Source of the DNA: Neophaeotheca triangularis
Lineage: Eukaryota
Direction: 5' to 3'
Assembly: GCA_054600435.1 (NCBI GenBank)
Contig: BAAIJX010000024.1
Location: 124,001-188,000, forward strand
Length of the DNA: 64,000 nucleotides
Position numbers and translations under genes: made by a program
Shown: piece after piece, positions 12,419-23,317 of the stretch
How the letters are laid out: each line of letters opens with the position of its first letter
How positions within the stretch are numbered: the first letter of the stretch is position 1
The notes under the pieces: generated by a model
What the model was told of the DNA's origin: nothing
What the model saw: the letters and a program-made list of their open reading frames with translations, nothing else
Database searches by the model: none

Positions 12419-13436
12419 GGTTGTGGTGTGATGTCAGTGAAGGTTTATGAGTCTGGGATATCGATGAAAGGTCAATGTCAATCACAGATTGGGGATATGA
12501 GGGTGGAAGAGGATTGTGAGTTATTGGAGATAGAAAATCGGAAGGTCCTATATGTATTTATCACTCACTACCTACGTATGTAGTGGTGGTTCTTATGATG
12601 TAAGTCAGAAAGCATCCGTGACCTTGCACGCCCGGGGATTACGGTCTTAGCTGAATCCTCACTAATCGTGGCGTCTCCCACCTTCCAGCTTGCTCGAAAC
12701 CCACCAAATCGCTCCATGTTTATTAATGAAGGAGCGCAACTTACAAATGTAACTTCAGTCTTCTGGAGGGTCAACACCAAGATAAGGTATCAAGTGTTTA
12801 CTGTAAAAGGGCCCGTAGGAAATTTTGAGCGCTTAAAGTAGCCAGGCTCAACTTTTACAAGTACCTAGGTTGCAAAACTCCATGTGAATGCCACCAGAAG
12901 TGTCTAGTCATCAGCACCCAAACGTGATCAGCGCATGAAGAAAACCACAGGACTCATAAAACGGGCGGCGCACCATCGCCATGGCACTCAGCGCGATTCT
13001 CCCTTTCTCTAGAGAGATTGTTGCAAAACTCAAGAAGACAGACACTTGGTGGCTCTTCCCCAGCGTTCAGTCAGCGTGATGGCGAGAAGACTTCCTTTAC
13101 GTTCGACCGAGAAAGCAACATTGGCTCAGTCCCTTGGTGATCATCGGGGGCAAAAACCCAAGGTACGGCAATTTCGTTCATACCACGGGCTTGCAATGCC
13201 GTGTTGGACTGCAGTCTAGGGGAGGGCTCAAACCCTTTCACTGCCACTCCCTCGTTTGTCGATTTTGCTTGACATGGGTCGAGGGAAAAGACTTTGACTT
13301 CCTGCAGCGATGTCCAGTCCAATAATCTGGATGCCCAACAAGGAAAGCGATGATAGGCTCTGTTTCAATAAAAGGAGGCAACAATATATATATTAGTTAG
13401 CAGTCTATCTACCACACAGACCAATCTTGAACCTCT

Positions 13437-14970
13437 TCACTCCCGAATCCAATCAAACACAAACCGCGCAAACACCTTGGTCGGCCTCTCAAAAACCCAG
13501 TAGAACACCTCGCCAGCAGCGAGAGTGACAAGGAGGGTGGCGATGAACGCAATGCCGGTAGCACTCTCGTAGTTCGCCAGGTCCTCGCCCATGTTATCCG
13601 TGCACAGCTTAATGCCGAGGGTGTAGATGATGATGGACTGGAGGAGGAAGTACGCTGGAATAGTCTGTCAGTGATGCCATTTCTTCGGCTCAGGAAGGTT
13701 GTCTTACAGAATGATCTCTCGCCGAGGAATCTGAACACCGGGTTGGCGAAGATGGCCCGCATCCAAGCGAAAGTCTCCAGCAATAACCAGAACCCAATGA
13801 TGATTAGGTAGATGTCAGCGCGAAGCTGTGGGTTATTGGGGTCGTTCCATGTGTATAGACCGCCAGTGTCGTACAAACCGGTGTGGTATTTGATTTCCTC
13901 ATTAGCCAGCTCTGGCAGAGCGGCCACCCAGATGAATTGCATGATCCACCCCGCAGCCATGACAAGTATGTAGAGAGGCCACGCCGGGAATCTGATAGGG
14001 CCTAGTGAGATTCCGGCCTTGGACTTCTCGCGGAAACCCATGTTCATGATGACGTCCGCTAGCAGTAGGCCGGAGATTGAAAACCACGCCCATGAGTAGA
14101 CCCACCAAGCCGTCAGGATGAAGAGAAAGGCGCCCCAGACCCTCCAAGACTTCCTGGTGTATGGGATAATAACCATAGCGACGAAGACTGTGTAAGACTG
14201 CTGGAATATAGCAGTCACGATCCACATGGTCTGACTGGGGAAAGCCCAGTTGCTGTGAACATGTTAGCCACGCAGTCTTTGCAAATCAACGTGGCATATC
14301 CGACTCACCCTGACTGTGTTTCAAATCCGTGGCTAATCCAGAAAACGTTGAAGAGACTGTTGAAGTTTGAAAGCGAATTGGGCATGATGTACATGTCTGC
14401 AGACATTGAAACATTCGAAGTGGCATCGGCGAAATCGAAGAGGTACTGGTTCCCAAGATTCAGAGAAAAGACAATGTAGAGAACAATGAAGCACACCGCC
14501 ACGGGTATCCATAGTCTGATGCCACGGCGGAGGACAACGCTCATCAAAGTCAAGTTGGTTGGGTCCAAAAGGAACGGCAGGCAAATCGTCCGGGCCGACA
14601 GGAAGATGATGGATGAGTAGATGAGCGAATCGTTCCAGAAAAGGACGGATAGCGACTTTCGAAGGGCAATCTGAGGCGCAGGTCCTGTATCGTTTGCTGA
14701 GCCTTTGACGGTGGCAGGGGCAAAAGTTTCGAGGAAAACCCATAGGAAGCTCATGATTGCCAGACATCCTCGCATGCCAACAAGGTAGTTTTGTGAAGGA
14801 TCATGAGGACTCTTAGTAGCAGCAGCCTTCTTGTCGGCCAGTTTCTGAGGCATCACGGGCGCCAGGAAACGCGGCAAGTTTTTGTCTCTTCCTGGTGCTT
14901 CCTGTTGATCTGGAGCCCCTTCCATGGCGACACCTTCAGTATCGTGGCGGTTGTACGTAGGACGGTACAT
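13437..14970 (-). CDS. Stand-alone acyltransferase-3 (OafA/YrhL-like) multi-pass membrane protein; exons 14970-14309, 14252-13708, 13654-13437
   Basis: Contains YLVGMRG (DGLRG-like), FLSAR, RRGIRLWIP (RxxR), QTMWIVTAIFQQSY, FLGERSF|SYFLLQSII and FYWVFERPT. It has many hydrophobic segments, and two canonical introns restore the frame. Confidence 0.8.
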
Positions 14971-15517
14971 GGTGGTCAGGCAATGCGTAACGAGTGCGGA
15001 GTCTTGCCCTCCTGTTGTCGCACTCGTAGGCGGAAGTGAGTGAGGTGGTGGCGTATGTCAGAATGCAGTTCAGTGATGATATTTACGCGGTGTTGTCAAG
15101 GAGGTGCTATCTTGACTCCTTGAGCAGCCCAGCTTAGCTCCGGGCCGTCTGCAGGGACCGTCTGGCGGACTTGTTGAAATCCAATTGTTACCTAGGTACC
15201 TAGCTACTATCTACTACTGACCGGAGGCGTTACAGTCGGGAGTCGGGACCTCACCTAGCTCACCTGGGCAGCCCGTGGCAGCTAGCCTCTCACGCCTCCC
15301 GTCCCGTCTTCAGCCGCTAAGCGGCTTGGAAGCTACGTGGAGCATAGCGCCAAGACCCCACGGGTGTCTCATTTACGGAGCAGTCACTCCCGTCTTGTCC
15401 CCGTCCTTCTTCGCAGGGCTGGCGGTGCAAACACCCGACGGCGAGAAACAGCCTCCCCTACTACCTCCACTTACAGACAAACAATTGTTTCGAAACACAC
15501 ATCACTCATCGACAAAC

Positions 15518-17179
15518 ATGTCGTTCCAACCAGGCTCGCCCATGCGTGGCGACGAACGTGGGAAGCACCAGGGCCTCGATGTCGCAGAGCAGCCTGTGAC
15601 CTCCAGTACCGAATATGATGGCTACGCCTACCGGACTACGATGGTAGAACCTCAGGCGCCTCAGCCACAACAGCAAGGCGCCCTGAACAGGATATCAGCG
15701 GCTATAGGCAGCTGGACGCCGGCAGTGATGTTGGTGACTTACTTCATCTTCTCCATCGCCTTCTACACGCTCCTCAATGACTACGCGGAGAAAGTCTTCT
15801 GGTTTTTGCTACTCACCATCGCCACCATCACGGCCGGCTCGACAGCGTTCGAGGCCTACGACAGCATGAGCCTCCACTCTGAAGCACGGAAATCCATCGC
15901 CAAAGCTGAGGAGAAGGATTCCAAGACTCTCACTATTGCCGAGGAACTCCCTACTCTCGATCTCATTTTTGACAACGACCTTGATCAGAAACTAGACATT
16001 CAGCAACTGCGCCAATTCCTCGAAACCACCACGTATCCGAGGGAGAAGTTACGACTTATCGTACTTTCAACCCCCACCAACCAAATCTCTCCATTTGAAG
16101 GCTACAATAGCGGCGAAACGTTATTCGTCAACGTGCCTCATTGGTGCTCAGCATCACTTGGCTCCAGACTCACCTACGCCTTCCAAGCCAGCACTCCAGC
16201 TACCATCGCTGCAATCTTTACTGGCGATCAGACACCGCACCCCCATGCTCCGCTCTACGCAGTCTCGCGTCTTGTCCAGGACGCAAAGATCAAGCTCATC
16301 CAGGGTCGTAGGGTGCTAGCACCGCAGTCATCTTCTTTAATCGCTTCCCTCGCCAGCTTAGAATTTGACTTTGAATACGCTACTCTCAGACCCGGCCGTA
16401 CCAACACATGGGCTCTGCCCGTAGCAAACGGCTCCAACACCTACTGGAGGTCCGACGTCCTACAACAAGCAGCTGCAGATATTGCCAACTCTTTCGGCCG
16501 CGGCGAGGACCTGGGCTTTGCCGCTTTCTCCAGGTTCGCCAATGCGAAGAACGATATGAGCGTCATCTCCTACGAGCCATGCGCGCCGGGTTGGTTTGCA
16601 TACTGGAGGCGACAAGTACAGCATGCCAAAGATTCGTGCGTAGCGACACTGAGATGGAGTAAGCTCGCGTTCATGCCGACTGGGAAAGGCAACCCGAAGA
16701 GAACCCTGTTGACACGCCTGGGTGTCGTATACTGCCTGCCACTACAGCGAGTTGGCGCCCACGCCGTCTTGCAGTACTTCTCCATGGCTCTCTCGTTCCT
16801 CTTCACGCAAGCTCCAAGCTCAGCGGCAGATTTAGCCTACTTGATCTACTTTCCCTACACTATTTCGATTTGGTTCATCGTTGGAGGGTGAGTCTTCTCG
16901 AACAGCCTCACACGAAACGCCATTGCTAACTGATCAATCAGCCTCGTCTGCATCCTCTCCACCCTCCTCATCGCCTACAAGAACCGATCGGAGTTTGTTT
17001 CCTGGTGGTCTTTCCCGTTGAGTGCCCTACTCTACACGCCCGTCATCGTCTTTTGGTCTGTAATCGACTTCTATGCGCAAGTTGGGCAGTTGGTAAGCAC
17101 ACTCCGTTCACCATCGAAGACTTTCAACCTCTCTTTGCAGTTGCTGACAGTTAATGTCTAGGTGGACATGTGTGGCTGA
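15518..17179 (+). CDS. Membrane glycosyltransferase family 2-like protein with degenerate catalytic motifs; exons 15518-16887, 16942-17092, 17162-17179 (last exon uncertain)
   Basis: Two N-terminal TM helices precede a GT-A-like region (ELPTLDLI, YPREKLRLIV, IAAIFTGD, IQGRRV, LEFD, NGSNTYWR, ISYE), followed by C-terminal TM helices. This is the layout of processive GT2 synthases. Confidence 0.75.
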
Positions 17180-18100
17180 GAGTCTGACTGCTTTCGCATG
17201 CTTGAGGAGACACGTAGACTATTATCTTAATGCTAATATGTTATGTTGCCATGCTTGTACCCCATTAAATGATGGACAAGGGTGGGCCGTGCTGCGATAC
17301 AATAGGAGGGGGTATGCGTCCGTATCACAAATGGTATGCTCCGTAGTGAGACAGCGTGTTTTCTGTTGGCCCATGCAACGGGCCCCTCGGCAGTGGCGCC
17401 TTGTAAGGCTGTCTTAGAGTTGGAATTGCATCACACTTTATGTACCTAGGTATTGTATAGGTAGGTACTTTGTTGATGTACATAGTGAATCCTTTCTCAG
17501 CAACAATGGAAGCAAAAAAACGGTCAAATTGCATGTGTTCGTCGCTATTATGTTTACTTGCAAACCGGATGTCCAGGTGTGTCCAGATGCAGTCGAGACC
17601 ACAGTAGACGGGAGTGCAGGTGGAGGTCCCCATGCAAAAATCAATAGCCCGATGCCCGGACGGGAATGATGGATGGAACTCGGGGCAGCTCTTGGCGTGT
17701 CGTAAGCAATGCAACTAGCCAAGGTACGCGGGCGAAGGTAAGAGAAAAACGGAACCTTACAAGGTACACCCGCCGTCAAGACCTCATGATAGGAGGTCCT
17801 CCTGGTTACCTAGGTACCCGCCAAGCTCTGTACAGGCTCCAAGCCTCCTCCCACGAGCCGACATCCTTGGGAGGGTCTGCCATTACCCGAAGTAAGTACA
17901 TAGTGTGCAATAATACCTCCTAGGACACAGCAACCGGTAGCGGTGGTACTAGGAGGTACTCCAGCTAGTACTGTACTCGGTTGCTAGAGTAATTGTTACT
18001 ACTCCTCTGTAAGTGGCAGACTTCTACCTCCGCCACCACAACAACCGCTACTCGCCACTATACTGTCGTTTCCCTCCTTCTCCCTCCAGTGGCCGCCGCA

Positions 18101-21100
18101 ATGCCGCCTCCTTGGGCGCGTCTGCGTACGGTAGCGCTGCTCTCATGCATCTTCTTCGTGTCACTCGCTCTGGCTCAAAACGGCAACAACGACGACGACG
18201 ACGACGATGACTCGGCATCATCAAACAGCACTCGCGATTGTAACTGCGGCTTCGTCGACCCCACCACAGACCTCTTCTACACCGACTCCTTCATCACCTA
18301 CTTTAACGAGACATCCTCCATACCGGACGAGATCTTTACCGTGAACGAGTGGGACAACAAGTATGAGAAGGGCAGGTACATCTACTACCGCGAGGGCGCG
18401 GATCCGGACAATGTTTACTTCATGGACGGGCAAGATTGGCCGCAAGAGTCCTGGCTCAACCTCAACGTCACGGAGTGTCCGGAGGATGGAGACCATCTTT
18501 GCGAGGGCGCCGAACTGCAGACAGTTCGGAAGGACATCAAATACGGTACCTTTCGTGCCTTCATGAAGTCGCCCGGTGCAGGAGTGGGCGGCAGTGCCAT
18601 GAGTATGATTTTGGAATACAACGAGACGGAGTCGGCCGAGCTGGATCTGCTCAACACCAACGATCCTGGAAACATGGCGAGGGTGCAGACCGTCCTGGCC
18701 AACAAGGATCCGGATCTCAGCGCCGGTTTTAACTACACCGACCTGGAGAGCGACGATTTTGTCGGAGATCTCGAGCCCTGGCAGTGGGTTGCGTACCGCA
18801 TGGATTGGACTGAAAATGGTATTGATTGGTACGCGGGCGAGAACAGGCTGCGGACAGTCTTCACCAAGAATGAGACTGTCCCTGTTGTACCGCTTTCTTT
18901 CTACTTGAAGCACTGGTCAAATGGCAACGAGAACTGGATGGAGGGGCCACCGTCAGCCGACACCACTGCGTCTGTGGGCTGGGTTCGAGCCTTCTTCAAC
19001 TCTTCGGTCACAGGTGGGTCAAATTTGCCTTCGGACTGTAGCGCCTCTCAGCGGTGTTCTACCGAAGACTGGACGTTGCGCGTCACAACCGACTACACAG
19101 AAAGGTCGACACGGGAATGGGATCCGGTGCGAGATGGCGAAGACAGTGGAGATCAATCTGCGGGAATCGCACTGATCGCGATCAGTTTGGCCATCACCGC
19201 GGCTTTGCTCATCCACTTGGCTTTGCGCAAGCTATTCGTGAAGAAAGACTCGACAGCACTTCCCCGCCGTTCAGGAGCTCCTATCAACGAGATGGAGCTG
19301 CAAAAGATGAAGAATCACGCGGCGACCGCCAGTACTGCTACTCTTTTGGCGAACCAGGAGCAGAGTGGACAGCGGACGCCTCAGTTCATCGGGACGCACG
19401 GTAGAAGTGTGAGTCAACGGCCACTTCTCGGTCAAGATGGGCCTTACGACTCGTACGCTAGCGGCACCAACACTCCCCAGCGAGGCCAAGTGGCCGGGCA
19501 GCACAATATGCAGAGCCCATACGGAGATCCCTTTGCAACCCCAGGTGCCGAGAGGCACGACCCTATCATGCCCGCAATGGCGGCAACCACAGTGGCGGCG
19601 ACGGCGATGCCTGCAGCAACTTATGCTCAGGACGGCTCCTTTATGTCGCCAAATATTCCTGGCACGACAAACCCAGATCTTGCTTCGACGGGCCAAACTG
19701 GCGCACAAGCGGCAGCTACAGAGCAAAAAGCCGAGGGTGCGTCCGCCGCAGCGAATCCAGGTGCTGCACCTGCCGCAATCGCTCCGCAGAGAATGAGAGT
19801 CGACTATCTCGCCGGCCTGGTAGCGATATGTTCGCTACTAGTGTCAGCCACGCATTTCGTTCTCACGTTCGTTCCCTCGGCCATCATGGAATACCTCCCT
19901 CGACACTACGAGAGCGAGTTTTGGGCAAGAGGGTCGTTCGGTCCATTCTTCTTCAACGGTATCTGGGTTGGTGTCTTCTTCACCACCTCGACCCGATTTT
20001 TGATCACTGGCTACCTCCGTAACGGAAACCTCAAGGGTATCGCGGAAAAGATTGTCTGCCGTACTCCACGTTTGATGATTCCCATCACTGCAGTCATTCT
20101 CCTTGAATACTTCCTCATGGACCTCGGTGCGGTGCACTATCTCCAGTACATCCCCTCTATCACATGGTCCACCTGGCCATGGACAGAAGTCTACACCAAC
20201 TTCGGCTACTTTATCAACGAGACCTTGCAACTGGTCTACTTGATCCCCAATGCAGCACCTCAATTAACCTGGAACTTCTGCACCGGTGTCCTCTGGACCA
20301 TTCCCGTACAGCTCCAAAACTCTTGGCTCGTCTTCCTCGGCGTAGTGATTATCCGGCAGATCAAAACACCGTGGAAGCGTTTCGGCTACTACGCCTTCTG
20401 CATCCTCAACCACTGGTACGCCCTGTCCTGGGGCTCATACTTCTGGTTCGGCATCATGCTCGCGGACCTCGACATCACTTACAAATACAAAAAATCCATT
20501 CAACCCAACCCAGCCATCCACTACCCCCTCCTGACCGTCGCCTCCGTCCTCGTCCTCCTGTCCCTTGCCACCGGTCTTTTTGGCTTCTGGACCGACTTTT
20601 CTTTTGAGACGGCCGAACGCAACATCCACCCAGAGCCAATGACGGGTCTCAACTACGGTCAAACCGACAGCGCAGGCTACCCCTCGTACACAGAGCCCAA
20701 ACTGAACGGCATCATCTTCGCAGTCTTCAGCCAGTACATCGTCGAACTCTCGCCTTGGGTACAAGCCCTGCTCTCGCTCAAAGTCTTCCTCTGGCTCTTC
20801 CCCCACGTCTTCACCATCTACCTGATCCACGGCCTGGTGCAGTGGAGCATCGGCAGCGTCGTCTGCGTCTACTTTGCCGGCCAGAGTTTCCCCTACTGGC
20901 TCAACATGCTGCTCACCGCACTCATCACTTACGGCATCCTCTTCCTCTCGCTCCCCATCGTGACGCCCGTTATGGAGTTCTTGGGTAAAGAGTGCACGAA
21001 GAACATCTGGATATCCGCCAGTACCGAGCCCGATCCCAAGCGCCCGACTGCTTGGCCTTTTGCCGCTGAGGAAGTTATTCCGAGGGTTAGCAAGGAGGAC

Positions 21101-21127
21101 AGCAGGAGGGTGAGGGATGGGGTTTGA
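18101..21127 (+). CDS. GH16-like (ConA fold) ectodomain + TM + acyltransferase-3 fusion protein
   Basis: A signal peptide is followed by CNCGF, GAELQTVRKDIKYGTFRAFMK, YRMDWTENGIDWY and KHWSNGNENWMEGPP (fungal GH16-like). A TM helix and low-complexity linker lead to RVDYLAGL...H, FFTTSTRF, RTPRLMIP, GVLWTIPVQLQNSW and FTIYLIHG (AT3). The ORF has no introns. Confidence 0.85.
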   Translation: MPPPWARLRTVALLSCIFFVSLALAQNGNNDDDDDDDSASSNSTRDCNCGFVDPTTDLFYTDSFITYFNETSSIPDEIFTVNEWDNKYEKGRYIYYREGADPDNVYFMDGQDWPQESWLNLNVTECPEDGDHLCEGAELQTVRKDIKYGTFRAFMKSPGAGVGGSAMSMILEYNETESAELDLLNTNDPGNMARVQTVLANKDPDLSAGFNYTDLESDDFVGDLEPWQWVAYRMDWTENGIDWYAGENRLRTVFTKNETVPVVPLSFYLKHWSNGNENWMEGPPSADTTASVGWVRAFFNSSVTGGSNLPSDCSASQRCSTEDWTLRVTTDYTERSTREWDPVRDGEDSGDQSAGIALIAISLAITAALLIHLALRKLFVKKDSTALPRRSGAPINEMELQKMKNHAATASTATLLANQEQSGQRTPQFIGTHGRSVSQRPLLGQDGPYDSYASGTNTPQRGQVAGQHNMQSPYGDPFATPGAERHDPIMPAMAATTVAATAMPAATYAQDGSFMSPNIPGTTNPDLASTGQTGAQAAATEQKAEGASAAANPGAAPAAIAPQRMRVDYLAGLVAICSLLVSATHFVLTFVPSAIMEYLPRHYESEFWARGSFGPFFFNGIWVGVFFTTSTRFLITGYLRNGNLKGIAEKIVCRTPRLMIPITAVILLEYFLMDLGAVHYLQYIPSITWSTWPWTEVYTNFGYFINETLQLVYLIPNAAPQLTWNFCTGVLWTIPVQLQNSWLVFLGVVIIRQIKTPWKRFGYYAFCILNHWYALSWGSYFWFGIMLADLDITYKYKKSIQPNPAIHYPLLTVASVLVLLSLATGLFGFWTDFSFETAERNIHPEPMTGLNYGQTDSAGYPSYTEPKLNGIIFAVFSQYIVELSPWVQALLSLKVFLWLFPHVFTIYLIHGLVQWSIGSVVCVYFAGQSFPYWLNMLLTALITYGILFLSLPIVTPVMEFLGKECTKNIWISASTEPDPKRPTAWPFAAEEVIPRVSKEDSRRVRDGV

Positions 21128-21527
21128 TGGGGTTCTTGAGGGTGTGGCGTCGTTGTTTCGTTTGTGATGGGCACGGTTAGATCAGATGGATTTTACTATT
21201 ATTTTGGTCGGCATTTGTAGCGAGCTTTAATGTTAAAAACCTATGCTTCCATGTATATCACCATTGCTGGAGAGACTTCGGCTGAGCAGTGGCTCGCCGT
21301 TCGAGGGGTGAGTGGTAGGTATCGTACCTTACTATGTCAGTGGTCTTAGTAGTAGAGCCACCTACCTAGCTTTGCTTGTCAGAGTCGTGCGGGGCTCCAG
21401 GGCAATAATAACAACAATGAATGGTGTCGTTGTATTTTCTGCTATCGGAACTCCATCGCTTGACTGCATTGCTGCATTGTATGAAGCAAGTCGGTTGTGA
21501 TTTGAGGCCTCGGTCCTTTGATGCAAC

Positions 21528-21530
<3 letters not shown>

Positions 21531-21602
<72 letters not shown>
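21531..21602 (+). repeat. (TC)36 microsatellite
   Basis: Uninterrupted 72-nt TC run, read directly. Confidence 0.98.
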
Positions 21603-21606
<4 letters not shown>

Positions 21607-23317
21607 TACTCAACGCTGCCAGCTGATGAGAAGTTGATTGAAAGTTAGAAAACAACTCAACACAGCAGTAGTAGTGTGGCCGTGTGTGTACCTGAAACAG
21701 CGACTTCCAGCGCCCGTTGACGCTAACAAGTTAGTCGCAGCCATTTCCACTCTTTGGTCCTGACTCCTCTGGCCATCATCCTTGTACGAGTAGTAAAAGG
21801 TTAGGTTAGGTCGCTTCCCGCGTCGAGAGAAGAAAACCCGTCTCCGTGGCTTCTTGCGGGCCGGCACCTGCTTTCACACTTTTGCCCTGAGCTTGCGCTG
21901 AGTCTGCTCTCTCTTAGTGCTCACTTTGCGTTGCAATAATCACCATTATCATGATGATAGTAATAATAATAATAATAATCAATCTGCCGACTCTACCATG
22001 AGTACTCGTACGTACAGCCTCGTCTACTTTAGTCAAACAGGGTGGACGCGACGGCTGCGAGATGGCTGACCGCAAGGCGAGAGGCTGAAAGACGACGTCC
22101 CCTTTCGACCGGGTCAGGTCCTAGGGGACGCCGGCTGCAGCAGACGGCAAGCTTTCGGGATTCTCATCGACGACGCTACTTGGGCAGATCTCGTGAATCT
22201 GAGTTTTAGTGTCAAGGAGTCGCTGGGGGGCGGCGATACTACTGCTTGAGCCTGACGATTGGAAGCAGAGGGGTTTGATATGTGTGTACGCTGCTACTGA
22301 CTTACTAGGAGGTAGCGGGCGATGATGCTTAGAGGCTCACGAGACGAGTCGGCGGATAGGAAGAAACGAGAACAGCCTGAACAGGTCCCCGGGAAACATT
22401 TCTCGATAAGCCATAACTTAACTAATACTAGGAACATGTTCCGACGAGATCACCACGAGGTGACGAGATCGGTCGAGTAGTCTAACACCGGCGAACCCTA
22501 TTGCCTCATATCCCTCCCCCACTAGGATCAATACCCTCTGCCGAAAAGCTTCTTGCCCGCAGACGGTAGTAGTAGTCACTAGTCATCAGACTTTCTCAGA
22601 CTCTCAGACACCTTATAAACAAGTTGGGTATAGAAATTAGTGCCGAGTTGAAACGGCTCCGCACCGTTCAGTGGGAACCTCGGCGAATTGTTTCAAGACT
22701 CCATCTTGACTTGCTCGAACCTCCTTCCCCTGACCTTTAGCTTCAACTCGCTCGCTGTAATAACTCCGTTGTCTCTCCACAGGCGCACGGCGTGCTCGCG
22801 CCATGCAGCATGCTTTGCCTCTTGGGCAAGCCGTTAGTAGTACTTCCTTAATAGTTAGTAGCAGCCTAGGAGGTAGTAGGAAGTCAAAAGCGAGCTCAGA
22901 TCAGATATTGCCGACTATAGTGCACACGAGAGTTGCGGAAGAGGTACCTGTACCTCCTGATGAGTCCCTTACCCGTTCAACACCCTGCATTATTGACATG
23001 CTGAGTTAACACCCCAAGACAACTCTAACGGCCGAGCGCCCAACCTTTCTTGTCGTCTCCAGACTCCATGCCTTATTGATCAAGTCCTTCCTGCACGAGA
23101 GGTCACTTCGAGCTTCGTGGCGGTTTCATCTTCAAATCCATCACGACTCCCACCCTACTTTTACCAAAGGAGAGACGACCACATACATTATTTTTGATCA
23201 TTGAGACTGGCTTGACAGCTGTTACACGCCCATTGCTTTCCGCCCGACTCGCATGACCTGCAAGTACTCGACCGTCTAATTGTTGTTCGAAACACCCCAT
23301 TAGATTCAAGCAAGGCA

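Noticed and set aside
21362..21655. ORFs with poly-ER or poly-SL
   Set aside because: Translations of the (TC)36 microsatellite.
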